DNA from: Octopus vulgaris
Taxonomy: Eukaryota
NCBI GenBank assembly: GCA_951406725.2
Contig: OX597815.1
Location: forward strand, 19,220,001-19,284,000
DNA: 64,000 nucleotides
Direction of reading: 5' to 3'
In this document: one piece after another, positions 39,758 through 55,219 of the stretch
How positions within the stretch are numbered: position 1 is the stretch's first letter
How the letters are laid out: each line of letters begins with the position of its first letter
Program-made: the position numbers and the translations under genes
The notes under the pieces: generated by a model
The model's database searches: none
Seen by the model: only the letters and a program-made list of their open reading frames with translations
What the model was told of the DNA's origin: nothing

Positions 39758-40145
39758 AAGTGTTGTAGCCATAGAAAATTTGGCACTGGGCAGTAACAAA
39801 AGAGGCAGGGCACTACAGAAAAGGAAAGTCGACTAGCAAATGTAAAGGAGAAAGGGTGAAGTGAAAGACGGGAAAGGGTGGGAGGGAGAGTGACTGTGAG
39901 AGAGGTAAAACCTGAGGAGGGAGGATATTTCTCTGAATATTTTGGAAAATGAGGCAAATCTGAACAGTAACCTTCGGTATTGGTTGGTCAGCCGTTTGCA
40001 TTCCACTCTGACTGTTCGGTCAATTATACATTCGCGCTTCCTCCTCCGGCTTGTCAACTTATCTACCACAACTGGTTCACCCTTTCATATTTCTCCTTTG
40101 AAGCATCACTCATCAGCAGCGAATTGGAAGAGATATTTTGGATAA
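39605..40145 (-). mobile_element. Possible old PLE 3' remnant (GIY-YIG tail plus pyrimidine-rich UTR)
   Basis: VVVDKLTSRRRKRECII.R.VRV....LTN loosely fits the R..RE...I..L....LN end of PLE endonucleases; layout resembles family D copy 2; TA-rich flanks. Confidence 0.3.
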
Positions 40146-40228
40146 AAAAATAAACAAATATAAATACACAAGCACATACATATACAAATACATTCTTATA
40201 CACACATACATACATACATACATACATA

Positions 40229-40277
<49 letters not shown>

Positions 40278-43022
40278 GTAAACTCATATGGAAAACCGCT
40301 CAACTTTGGAGACTGTATAGGAATATTTTAAAATCCCTCCTTCTATACAGTATAAAGTGACCTTTAACAATTTTTTTAATTATTCGTGCACAAATTTTTT
40401 AACTTTTCATAACCGTGTGTTCCACGTTGGATAACAAGTTCATACTCAGACATCTGTTGATGCTACAAGTCTTGAAATATATTCCCAAAAGTCCATGCCG
40501 CACTAAGGATATTTAATAAGAAAAACAAAACCGCGGAGTTAAAACAATTAGTATTACATTATTGGAAGTACCGGCTCAACGAAAGACGTTTCACGTTGGA
40601 TTATTTTCAATACCTGATATTCCTTTTATTATTAGGGATCAGTATTTGATATTACATACACATACACACACACATATATATATATATATATGTACATATA
40701 TATATGTAAATATATATATATATAAAATTTTCTTTATAAATAACTTCGCCATTAGTCCTATATTTTAATCAATAAAGATTGATATAAGCATACAGGTTTA
40801 GAAGCCTCACGGATAACAGGAACGAAGCAATTTTTCATCTCACAAGGAAACAAATATATTTATTAATGCTATTGTTTAAAGCCAATATATTGAGATATAA
40901 CAATTACATTTTGGAACTAGGATTATCACTGATAGATATACTTATTTAAGTTATCTATTTCTATTTTATCGATCTCTTTTTATATATGTGCATATATATA
41001 TATCTATATATATATATATATAGCGAATATATTTGGAAGATACAGAAAGATTGTATGCGTGTATATATACACATGCAATTTCTTTTGTAAAGGTGTTTTC
41101 TGGAGGCTGGTTCAGTTGCATACTGCCAGGTATATACGTAGTTTGAGAAGGAAGTGGACCCTTACACCAACCGGAAATTCGTTTGAACTTCAGTTGAACA
41201 TTAATAATACAACTGTAAGCTCGAATTGGATTAAAGAGTGTAAACTGATAAGCAGAAAATAAGTAAATACTATAATAAAACCAAGATCCTTCGTTAATCA
41301 AGATAAAATCGGATTTAACGTAGCAACCAAGCTGGCAAGAAAACGTAACTGGGAAAATGGTAAATGAAAGAAATTAATGTAAATGAGCAAAATTAATTTA
41401 AGTCTCTATAATTATAATTCGAGGCAACTGTTCTTCGTATAAAGAACAAAAAGTTCAAGACAGTTTATTTTATATAGTTAAGAGCAAAAACTAAAGCTAA
41501 TAAATTTTAAGCTTACAAACAGTAACGCGAAAGAATTGTCTGGCTCGAATTTGATTCTTGCATTTGACAGAGGCGTGTGTTTATCTGATAGCTATACTGT
41601 TAACACGGCTTCACGATAACATTACGACCTTTCCTTCCTCTTAAGACAGAGTTCGTATATTACTCGATCTTAGTTTTATAGATTATATATTGTACACACA
41701 CACAAACACACACAAGCCACCTACGTATCTGCACATGCACATGCAAAGACACACTATACATCTATATGTATGTATGCACTTATACATATATATATGTTGT
41801 ATCTTTTTTGCATATATAATCATTATTCATTAAATACCATTATATTCTCTAAATATTATGCTAAAATTTACGAATATGTATTTAATAATAGTTATATAAA
41901 TTGCACATCAATACAATTAAAAAATTCATTCACTTTAGTATCATAACGGATTTATAATTATATACACATTTATATACTTTATTGTACCTCATTTTCAGAA
42001 TTCTCAAATTATTCCAATTAGGAACCATATATAATCAACAAGTTAAAACATAAAAGAACATAATGGAAGACCAGCTAAAATAGTAAATCAATGTAAACTA
42101 GGAGTTTTGAAAGTCTTTTTCTGAAGACACATTCTTATTTTATTATAAACAATTGTCTTACTCACATATATAAGCTCATATACTATAATACAATACAACA
42201 CTCAACGTATATCCCTTTCAAGGGAAATAGTTTCCTTTTTTAATTGAGCTTCCTTGTAACAGCGGCTCTAGATATGGTTTCCATAGCGAAAAAGTCTACG
42301 ATTGCTCGGAAGGCTATTAAAAAATTTCTCGTTACGAATGAAATTGCCAAGAACATCCGTGTGTCAAATTCCCCAAACACCAAGCGAGCGCATAGCATGG
42401 CAGAGACCTATTGATACCACTCATTCAGTCACGGTAGTATACCGGAGTTCGGATTTCCAGAGGCGTTTGAAATGTGTTCGTCCCAAGGAGAAGCCATCAG
42501 CTGAAATGTAAGTTTTGAATTGATTCCTTGACCAGCATTATATGTTCTTTCAAAACATTGAATATTTAGACATATGCATTTCATCTGTTTCGTTTTGAGT
42601 TGTTCTCAAGGTTTTCTTGAACCTTTATTTACATACGTTACTCAAATATTAACTACAGTTATATTATATCTAAACCTCACAAAGGTCCTGTGAAAAGGCT
42701 TCTTTCACCTATCAATACAATTAACTAATCACGTGTTACCTATGATTTTATTTGTCATATGTCTTGACAATAACTACAAAATTGTTCTATAATTTTCGTA
42801 AGTTCGGAGGAAATATATTTAATGCATTCTTAAAGTGCAAACACTGTTGATATATGATATAGGGCATACAATAAGGTATAGCAGAATTAAATTCCTCTCG
42901 GTAACCTTCAATAGAAAATTTTTTAATGTAAAAAAAAATCCTACACTAGAATTTCTGTCTCATAAATTACAGTTTTTATCAGAACCACAGAAACATTTCA
43001 TAGTAATAGAAGAGATTAACTT

Positions 43023-43725
<703 letters not shown>

Positions 43726-45797
43726 ACCGATTTTTATTAACATGTATTCTGTAAGTTAACTGCATATACTTTAGCTAAAAATGTATTCATCCCTTTTTTC
43801 TTAATATTTAAGTATAGACCACGAGGCTGAAATGTAAGTGGCATTTGTCTTATTTTTTTTTTATATATATTTTGATAAATCCACATCTTAATTGGTTTCC
43901 ATCTATCTATATTTATCTACACATTAGTTTCAAAATTTCTTCTCTTCATTCTTTCTATTGATATAATTTTTCAATATGTTCTCCAGAATCAAATTATAGA
44001 TTTTTACATTTAAAAAAAGATACGTATGAATGTATAAAGAATGTATAAAATAAATAAAACAACAAAAAAATAGTTATTATATCAACTTCTTATCCACTTT
44101 TGTAAAGTTTTCTTACACATACCTTCCACCTTACAAATATGCAAGCTACCATCAAATTTACACATATATAGATAGAAATGTATGTATATTCATACGAAAT
44201 CATACACACTCACATACATATATATATATATATAACTTATGTATGCATATGCATACATATATATTTCATTTAAATATATATATACATATACGTATATGTG
44301 TAGTCTATGCATATATACACCATGTATATGGGTAAATAATATACAAGTACATATTTGTAGGCATTTAAATTATATATAATTTAAATTATATATACATACA
44401 TATGTATGCATGTATTCATATATACATACATGCATATATATTATATATATATGTATAAAATTGAAAATCTTTGCACAAATACACATATTCCTACATATAT
44501 TTATCATATATGTGTGTATAATTATATAATTATATATATGTGTGTATATATATATTATCTGAAATATATATATATGAATAGATAAAAATTCATTTATACA
44601 CATGCATGTCCAATTTTATTTAGTATATATCTATATATGCATCATATCTTTTGTGTGAGACATTATTTATTAGCTCTTAGTGACAAAATATTTCCTCTAA
44701 AATTATTCATCCAATGCTTTTTTTACTTCTCCAAAAGGAGTATTTATTTCAATTCTCTATATTATATATATATAAATATTACATCTATATCTCTACAAAT
44801 TCTTGCTGTTATATCCCAAAGTCCTATTATATACCAATGCTGCTTCTCCTTCTAGATGTCGCTTGCTGCCTGCGTTGTCTGATTGCATGTGATGAAATCG
44901 CGCAGACATTCATTCATTTTATATTCTCTCATTTTATCATTTCTGCAAACTTTTTAAAAATCTTTATCTTCTTATGTATCAAGATCCAATACTTTCTCTT
45001 TTTTTCTTTCTCTCTGCATCCTTTCATTTTTCATTCACCGTTTGTTGAACTAATTTCTTCACTATGTCCTGACTTTGTTGCTGTTGTAATTTTTTTTTTT
45101 AATTTGTTAAAAAGAAAACAAAAAAAGAAAAACCAAGTTTTCATTATGTTGATGAGAAGCACCTTACTTGAAATAATGCCATATATATTTTTTCTGTACC
45201 TGGAGAGTAAATTACAGCTCAATCTTCTCTCACATTTAATCATAATCTCTATACATGCTTCTATAACAATGCCTTAATCTTTTAATCTCTCTCTTCCATT
45301 TGTTGTATCTCATTCCCTCAGTTTCCATCACAATATCTTTCCTTCTTACTGTGTTACCCTTCGTCTTTATCACCAACATCCTCCTATATCGTCGTGAGTG
45401 TACACAACGTTTATAATGTATTCTTTAAGCTCAATTTGTTATATGTATATACACACATACACTCACACACACACATACACACGCGTACGCACTTGCACAT
45501 ATATGTGCGTGTGCCCATACGTGCAAACCAGTGGAGGAAAATGCCACTTGAATACAAAAGTTATCATGAAATATTGAGCTCTGTTGACATCTTTAAAATG
45601 CTACTCCGAGTTTTACGTAATAGAACATCAAATTTCTGGCTGATGATCAGCTACCTGAAACACGGCGTAATGGATTGTGCAATTTTGTGCTTCAAGGCAT
45701 ACATACATACATACATACATACATATGTGTTTCTGTATATGTATGTATTGAAGTAGGGGGAAATTATTCAATTTGGACATCTTTGTATTTCTGTATC

Positions 45798-45864
<67 letters not shown>

Positions 45865-46689
45865 TAAAGTACTCTACGAATGCCTATATTGATCAGGCCA
45901 TTCAATACCATATGATGATACATCTAAAAGAGTATTCACAGAGAAACTCATATAAACTTTTACAGATTTCTCATTTTTTTACACAGTAAATTCTCATAAT
46001 GATATCGTGAAAAGAATGTTTTCATATATTCCTTTCTTACATCTTTCGTTTCCCCCACCTCAACCAATATTTACTACATTTGCTTGATTGGGTGATAATC
46101 GCAAGTTAAAATGTAAGGCCTCTTTTAAATTGATACTGCACGCCGTTATCGTTTCCGCGTCAAAGCCATTTTATTCCGTACACAGTTCTACTGCACTCGA
46201 GAACAAACCTAATCCACAGTGTCATTTATATATTCATATATGCAAGGCATTACTCATTGGGGTTAAAAAGAAAGAACAATGATAATAGATAATATACACT
46301 AAGTTTGTCAAGTATCTTAGATATGAGTTTTCTCTGAGTACAGTTACATATCACCTTCCAGTTCTAATCCTTAAAGTTTACTGTCATGAAACGTAAACGA
46401 TACACGTGATGTTGTTTTAATGTTTTCCCTTATAAATCTAAAGCCATGTGTACCTATGTCAAAAAATCAATATTCCATGGATTGGTTGTAAACACGGCTT
46501 ATGATATTGTCTCAAAACTCGGCTGTAGAAATGTGTTTTCGCGCAAGTCTTTGAGGAACATAATTTAGCTTTATTTGACTCTACAGCTTCATGATATAGA
46601 CATCACCCAGTTATAATTTCATATTTTCTACAAATGATATTTGTTATTTAAACCCTTGTAAGATTTCACTATGAAATATTTTACACATG

Positions 46690-46870
46690 CTTTGAATGCC
46701 AGAATCGGTAGAACCTCGGACGAAAGGTCTTGTGTCTAGTCGTTCGCGCCTCTTTACGTTATGAATTCAAATTTTTATGAGAGTCGATAAAATAAGTTCC
46801 ACGCACGTACCAGGGTCAATTCAAATTACTACCTTCTCTTGAATAACCTTGCGCGTATGATACATATGAA
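46690..46870 (+). mobile_element. Decayed SINE family S3
   Basis: ccagaatcggtagaacctcggacgaaa..tctttacgttatgaattcaaat..gtcgataaaataagttcca. Confidence 0.65.
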
Positions 46871-47719
46871 CGATAAAGTCAATACATTGTAATTTAAAAG
46901 CAGAAACTGTAAAGCATCGGTTAAGAATTGAGTTGAGTCAGTCTAGATTCTGCGTTCAAGTCCCTACCTTGGTCTAAGACTTCCATCACTCTTTCGATAA
47001 TTTAAATTTGTTATCTCATCCTGAAGGATATCAATTTTACAGTGACTAAAGTAATAAAAGATATAACGTTCTAGAGAAACGATAATTTTTCATGTGACTC
47101 TTGTGCATGTTGTCAGGTTATTGATTGAGGTGTGGATGGGTAAATCCTTAGGTCTGACATAGAGATTTTTAACCAGTATTCAGTTCGTCTATCGGTGCAT
47201 ATATACCAAATGGAACTGGTGCAACGGCCGTTTCCCAGTTTGACACCTTTGCTCAGGCATTGGGTGCCTTTAGAGGCGTCTATTTTCTTACAATCAGTCG
47301 GGTCAGGTCTCCAGTCTGAAGAGACCTTACTTCCAACAAATCTCGTAGGCCTTGGATAATGCTTGATATAACTTTCCCTGTCATAAAACGCTAACAAATA
47401 TATAGAATTAACAAATGTTTCGGGTGAAATTAGAAACGTGATTTCCAATTGCGGCAAAGAAAATGAAGTCAAACTAAGTACCCTGTCACTCATTCTCAAG
47501 ATAAATCTGTAACCATTTATCAGCTAATATATATTGGGAAATATTTTTACCTCAAATCTATCCAGAACATTTATTTCCACAATATTCCACGGTGTGGATT
47601 ATAACTCTTGTTATACTCTTCTCATTTCGATTAGTTATACAGGAAGATATATTCAGATATATGTGCGTATGCAACTAACTGCTTATACACCCATGCATAT
47701 GTATACACATATGTGTATG

Positions 47720-47757
47720 TGCATGCATGCGTGTGAGTATTTGGGTGCTTGTATATG

Positions 47758-47795
<38 letters not shown>

Positions 47796-47930
47796 CATGC
47801 GTGTGTGCATTTGGGTGCTTGTATATGCGTGTGTGTGTGTGTGTGTGAGTGTGTGTGTGTATGTGTGTGTGTGCATGCGTGTGTATATTTGGGTGCTTGT
47901 ATATGCTTTTGTGTGTGTGTGTATGCGTAT
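47720..47930. repeat. Three-unit GT-based tandem repeat (70-78 bp)
   Basis: ttgggtgcttgtatatgc at 47741, 47811 and 47889. Confidence 0.9.
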
Positions 47931-48233
47931 AAGCGAGAAATTATGTGCAATGTAGTACGACTGTTCGTTTCTACAGCGCGAGTGTGTGCGCGTGTGTGGC
48001 ATGATGAATACTATAACGTTAATCTATTTCATATTGGATTCATGCACACACGCGCAGGCACACACACACATGAACTGAACATGAAATTTGTTTCATTTTA
48101 TAGTTATATGCAAATCATTAGAGTGACAACCCCCACCCCCTGCCTTTTTCCTTGCTGTTCTATCACTTTATGTTCAGATTTCAAACCATGTTTTGGCTAA
48201 ATAATATAAGTAATACTTAAGCACCTTCATTAA

Positions 48234-48234
<1 letters not shown>

Positions 48235-48285
<51 letters not shown>

Positions 48286-48432
48286 CATCTATCTATCAGT
48301 CTGTCTGTCTGTCTGTCTATCTATCTATATATATATTTATCTATCTCTCTATCTGTCTATCTATCTCTCTACCTATCTACCTATCTATCTATCTATCTAT
48401 CTATTTATCTACCTATCTACCTATCTATCTAC

Positions 48433-48472
<40 letters not shown>

Positions 48473-48495
48473 ATATCTGTCTTTCTATCTATCTA

Positions 48496-48556
<61 letters not shown>

Positions 48557-48721
48557 CTATCTCTCTATCTATCTGTCTATCTATCAATCTACCTACCTAC
48601 ATACCTATCTATCTATCTATCTATTTACCCAACTATGTATCTCTCTATCTATCTACCTCTTTACCTATATGCATGCATTCATGCATACATACATACATAC
48701 ATACATACATACATACATACA

Positions 48722-48755
<34 letters not shown>

Positions 48756-48760
48756 CATAT
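48235..48760. repeat. (TATC)n/(TA)n/(TACA)n compound microsatellite
   Basis: Directly visible. Confidence 0.95.
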
Positions 48761-49299
48761 CTTTATGAACTCATTGCTTTCATTCATTCCAACAATGTAC
48801 AACCCCGGTACATCTAACGTTCGGTGTACCGACCACGATTCATAGGCCTCACAATTGCAACCCTATTTCACAATACATTCCAACAAATACTCCTCACTCT
48901 TTCTCTTTAGTATATATTTCTGCCGATCCCATCTCTCAATACATATATACGTATAGTGTTTTGCTTTTGTTTTTGTTCTTTAGATTCTGACCACTCCTAA
49001 CATATCTCATCTTTCTGCTGGCGATCCCTACCAATGTCTTTCTCTTCACGTTTACGTTGCGTATGCGCCATCTCACTCGCGTGTGTAGGTGTATTATTGT
49101 GTCACGTCTCCTTTGCTAATATCGCATTGAGCTTTCTCATCACTGACCTTACCTTTTACCTGGCTCTCATCACGTTCCACCCACGTTCTTGCAATTTGCC
49201 CCTACTCCCCACCTCATTCCTCTCATTTTTTTTTCAGTTCCCGTAAAATATTTTGAATAAACGAAAACACAGACTCAAACACATACCTATTCATACATA

Positions 49300-50260
<961 letters not shown>

Positions 50261-50397
50261 CAGAAGGGGGAGATGGTGGACTAGATGGGGGAGAATTAAA
50301 TGAAGCTATGATAACTTTCATAAGGTTCACGATGATGTGGTGATTGTCTGCTTCACTATTTCCTCCAGATAACACCCCATATGTACACATTATTTTC

Positions 50398-50802
50398 TTT
50401 TATTCGTTTCAGTCATTTTACTGAAGGCCATGCTGGAGCGCCGCCTTCAGTCGAGCAAATTGACCCCACAACTTATCCTTTGTAATCCTATAACTTATTC
50501 TGTCAGTTTCTTAGCCGAACCGCCAAGTCACGTGGGACGTAAACACACCAGCATTGGTTGTCAAGCGATTTTGGGAGGAGAAACACACGAACACGCGCAC
50601 ACACACTCGCACACACACACACATATAAATATATATATATATACGATGGGCTTCTTTCAATTTCCGTCTACTAAATCCACTCACAAGGCTTTGGTCGGCC
50701 CAAGGTTATAGTAGAAGATACTTGCCCAAGGTTCCGCTGTGGGACTGAACCCGTAATCATGTAGTTGGTAAGGAAGCCACTTACCACACAGCCACTCCTG
50801 CG
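50398..50802 (-). mobile_element. SINE family S1, full length, more diverged
   Basis: Collinear with 9449-9872. Confidence 0.9.
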
Positions 50803-52102
50803 CTTGTTTTTGCCAAAGTGTTTGCCTATATTGTTTGAGCGCGTGTGTGTGTATGTGTGAGCGTGTAAAAGAGAGAGAGAGAGAGAATATATCATCTTCT
50901 CTCTGAGGGAGTACCAGCCATGCGTGGTTTTTTTTATCCTCATGTTTACGTTCTTTGTCTCTATATAATGTTTGTAACAGGAAACACAGCAAAATAGAAG
51001 TATAACATTGGATATTTGTGCTATATTGTTAAACCTAATTGTATCTGTTTGCCTTGTTCTATTTTCAAGCTTAGAAGTTTAAACCGTTATAGTGTATTAA
51101 TATACTTCATCGTTGTTGGCGAGAATCGGGTTAATTCTCCGGTCGTTAGCAGTTTTGCTCTTCCATGTTCAGCTTTCAAATTATAATGCTTTCATTTTCA
51201 GGTTTGCAAAATAATATATATACTCGTAATGTACAAAAATTTATACAGTACATTAGTTAGCTTTTTTTCTTTTTTTTTTCTTTTTTGCTTCTTTGTTTTG
51301 CACAATATTAAATCAATATTATTACAGTTGCCTTAGTTGTTATAGTTAATTTAGCTTTTGATTTTCTTGATTTACTCACAAATCATTTATGAACCTACAA
51401 TACAATAATCACGGGCTTTTAACCATGACGCCCGCCTTTTATTCAGATATCTATGTATAATATACTCCGGACTATTTGTTACATATTTTCATTTCTATGA
51501 TGATAGAATGTCATTCGAGAGAAATTTTTCTCCTATTACTTCCTGCCTTTTACGATTTTTCCTCATTAGCCCTTAGTTCTAGAATGCCTTTTTCCTTCCT
51601 GGTGAAAACCGAGGCACTGATTGGCCACAAGATAACAATGCTGGAAAAACACATGGCACTATTTAGTTATATAAGGTTACATTGTGATTTCATATCCCAA
51701 CTAAATCGGCTTAGCATTTTTTTAATTCTAGAGTCTATAAAATATCACCTGATCTAATCTTCTGAACTCTCCTTAAATGGTGATGCATTGACATTATGTA
51801 ATACATAGTTATTTAGAAATAAAAAAAAGGGGAGAAATCGAGTAATGCATCGCTGAACATTTCAGGATCTGACAAACTTGCCAGACAATTATATCTGAGC
51901 CTTCCTGAGAAAAGCCAATTTATTGGAGCCAGTTTCAAAACACCTGCTCATCCGTGAACAAAGTATCGATCTAAGGGTTTCGGAAGTGAGGTACGTATAT
52001 ATATATATATATATACTTGAGAGGACAGTTTCTGTAAAAAGAAAGACACAGAACGTAGTTTCTTGGTTCGATTGAGTAGAAATCTAAGTAGTAATAGTTA
52101 AG

Positions 52103-52285
52103 GGGAGAATTCACGAAAAAAAAAACAAAAGACGAAGACAGGTGGTGTTGAAAACAAACAGATGTATTAGTATAACGCTCAGGAATTGAAAAGGTCTTTT
52201 ACGTTTCGAGCCTACGCTCTTCCACAAATTGTAACACAGAAAGAAACAAGGAGAGAAAAATGTGTGTGGTAGTAATAACAAAAAT
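52103..52285 (-). mobile_element. Family D copy 3 with 15-bp flanking direct repeat (HHR-like motif 52196-52231)
   Basis: gtagtaatagttaag at 52088-52102 and 52286-52300; motif uUGUGGA-A-GAGC(GUAG)GCUC-GAAACGUA-AAAG. Confidence 0.75.
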
Positions 52286-52399
52286 GTAGTAATAGTTAAG
52301 ACGGAGAGAGATAGAGAGACAGAGACAGAGAGTGCTCAGAGAGAGAAAGAGGAAAGTGCATCTGCGATTAAGTAATTGTACTGTGTTTATTATTGGATC

Positions 52400-52720
52400 T
52401 GTACCATCCATCCAGATGACCTACATTGAAGGATGAAGTCAATGAGGATGTTTGTGGTTGCGCAAGTATCCAAATATCCGAGTAGGTATTCCGGTGTGGA
52501 TCTTGTTAGAGTTTTGCAAAGGATCGTTGACGGATCAACACCACAGACTCTTAAAAGGAAATTTTATTCTATGGGATACTGTTTTGACAGTCTACACATA
52601 AACTTCACGAATGATCATCAGCTTGACTTCTAGAAATTTAGCTGCTTGTCGTTCATAACTAAAGTGTATAGAGGGAAGGTAGTTTTCCTGGCATGTGTAA
52701 CGACTGAGTCTCCTATGTAA
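52400..52720 (-). mobile_element. Decayed LINE RT thumb fragment (I/Jockey group)
   Basis: AAKFLEVKL (~KFLGV.LD) and LRVCGVDPSTILCKTLTRSTPEY (~WG.D..TL...YK..IRS..EY). Confidence 0.5.
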
Positions 52721-52989
52721 GAAGATTTCTGTGAATGCATTATGTTTTGTACTTACACTTCATGCTGTTGTTATAAATATTGGTATTGCTAGTGTTTCTG
52801 ATGTTGTTGCTTTGTTTTTACACTTGGGCCTGGTAAGGAGGTATATATACAATGCAATTTGTAAGACGATGAATGGGATTTTAGGTAGGTTTGGCTAGGA
52901 TTTCAAGTAAACTGAGTAACCACGTATAGATTCTCTCGTTCTCTAGTTGGCTCATGTGGTTGAAATCTGCATGAGGGAATCAAAAAGTA

Positions 52990-53538
52990 CGAAGGTGAGT
53001 CAAAAAGTAATGCCATTTTGTTTAGGACAGGTATAATTACCAACACAGGAACATTTATCATACATCAAAATGAAGCTGGTCCTCTGTGGTCCCTACTTCT
53101 CAACATAGTCACCGTTTCTCTCAATAGCCATGTTCCACCTTCGAATGATAGCTTGTAACCCTTCCCTGTAAAATTCTGTTGACTGTTCTTTGAGCCACTT
53201 CTTTACTACAGTTTTCACTTCCTCATCACTGGAATAATGTTTAGCTCTCAAGCCCTCTTTCGTGGCGCCGAAGAGATGATAATCTGAAGGTTCTAAATCT
53301 GGTGAGTGTGGAGGTAGTAAAGAAGTGGCTCAAAGAACAGTCGACAGAATTTTACGGGGCAGGAATACATGCTATCATTCGAAGGTGGAACATTCCTATT
53401 ACAAGAAACGGTGACTATGTTGAGAAGTAGGGATGTGAACCACAGAGGAGCATCTTCATTTTGATGTATGATACATATTCCTGTGTTGGTAATTATACCT
53501 ATCCTAAACAAAATGGCATTACTTTTTGACTCACTCCG
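52990..53538. mobile_element. Non-autonomous mariner derivative built from two inverted 3' ends, TA-flanked
   Basis: Minus strand encodes PPHSPDLEPSDYHLFGATKEGLRAKHYSSDEEVKTVVKKWLKEQSTEFYREGLQAIIRRWNMAIERNGDYVEK*; the right arm repeats VVKKWL..GDYVEK* on plus; arms 52990-53209 and 53314-53538; TA at 52988-89 and 53539-40. Confidence 0.92.
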
Positions 53539-54364
53539 TATTATCATTTGTAGAGGAGTCTGTATTGTTAGAAGTAACATTATATAATTTGGCACTATAT
53601 GATAATAACTGACTTACGGCGCTAAATTTTCTGGTAAAAATATAAATCTTACAAATTCCACCTTTCTTATTTCCTCGGGTTTTCGCTTTTGTAAGGAGTC
53701 AATTTAGAGCAATACTTTTAGAGAGAGACCAACACGTATTCGAATTGCTTTTTATCACTATGTTCAAATCTCCCTAGAGTTAGATTAACTCCTGACCGCT
53801 TTCTGATCGATAATATAAGTAACGGTTGCGTACTGAGTGACAATCGCATATATCACCTGCCCTTGCTGCCGCTGTTCTTTAGTTTATCGGAATAATCGAT
53901 ATATCGAATAGAAATCCATACCTTGTTTTGTTAATCACTGTTTATTAACAACAGTCTTCAATGATAATGTAAATAACAAAGGCAATATTTATTTCCAGTG
54001 CGACAGAATCTGGTGTTCGATTCTAAACAAAGTAGAACATTTTTGTAATCCTGTACATTGGTGGTTTTATTTAAAAAAATAACAACTTTAAAAGACAAAT
54101 TTCTTTTACTGACAGGAATGTGACTAGTATGAAAATATGACAATGTATATTTATTTGTGTAAGGAAAGTTTCGTAAGAACGCAGTGATGAAATTTGTGAT
54201 TCATTATGTATAAGTAATGAGAGGGTAACACCAAGAAAATGTCAGTAGCGGGTGCGTGGATGTGTCTGCCGCAAATATACATGTGACACTGACAACGTGA
54301 ATTCACACGCACACACTCACTCATTCGCGTACATATATACAAATATATACATAAGCATGTACAC

Positions 54365-54426
<62 letters not shown>

Positions 54427-54431
54427 CTCTA

Positions 54432-54503
<72 letters not shown>

Positions 54504-54507
54504 GTAC

Positions 54508-54660
54508 GGAGAATTCACAAAAAAAAACAAAAGACGAAGACAGGTGGTGTAGACAACAAACAGATGTATAAGTATAACGCTCGGGAAGTGAACAAGTCTT
54601 TAATGTTTCGAGCCTACGCTCTTCCACAGAAAGGAACACAGGAAGAAACAAGGAGAGAAA
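54508..54660 (-). mobile_element. Family D copy 4 (HHR-like motif 54598-54633, helix III mutated)
   Basis: Between (TA)n tracts; CUUU-CUGUGGA-A-GAGC(GUAG)GCUC-GAAACAUU-AAAG. Confidence 0.7.
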
Positions 54661-55179
54661 TATATATATATAGGAGTGTGTGTGTTTGTGTGGTCACTAG
54701 AAACACATGAATCTCGTAAGACTCGTTATAATTCACTTAATCTTGATATTTGTCTTCTGAGAGTTCTCTACAAATAAATGGAAAGTAGTGGGGGCTATGT
54801 TGAATGTGAAATACATAAACACAAATCTTGAATGTAAAGAACATATGTGCATTTTATATACATTTCTCTAAATATGTGTGTGTGCGTGCGCATGTAGAGG
54901 TGGAACTTCCTGTTGGATAAGATAAACTAAGAACTATATGTAAGAGTACATGTATGTATATATGTGTGTATGTATATATCCATGTATGTTTGTATGTGTG
55001 CATATATGTGTGTGTAATGTGTACAAGCATGGACGATATTCGTTTGTGAGATGATCTTTCGTGTTCTATTTGAAAATTGAACTATATGAATGTTAAAAAT
55101 GTACCCCTACACGCACTCACACACACACACACACACTCACACACACACATACACTTGTATATATATATATATATATATA

Positions 55180-55219
<40 letters not shown>

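Noticed and set aside
39779-39800. tttggcactggg resembles the miR-96/263 seed
   Set aside because: No complementary star arm nearby.
40090-40120. CUGAUGA...GAAA on the minus strand
   Set aside because: No helix II, helix III or NUH pairing.
40580-40615. Minus-strand UUGAAAA...GAAACGUC
   Set aside because: Two core mismatches and no helix I; too degenerate to call.
52600-52625. Minus-strand CUGAUGA..GAAG
   Set aside because: Lies within a LINE remnant, with no GAAA or helices.
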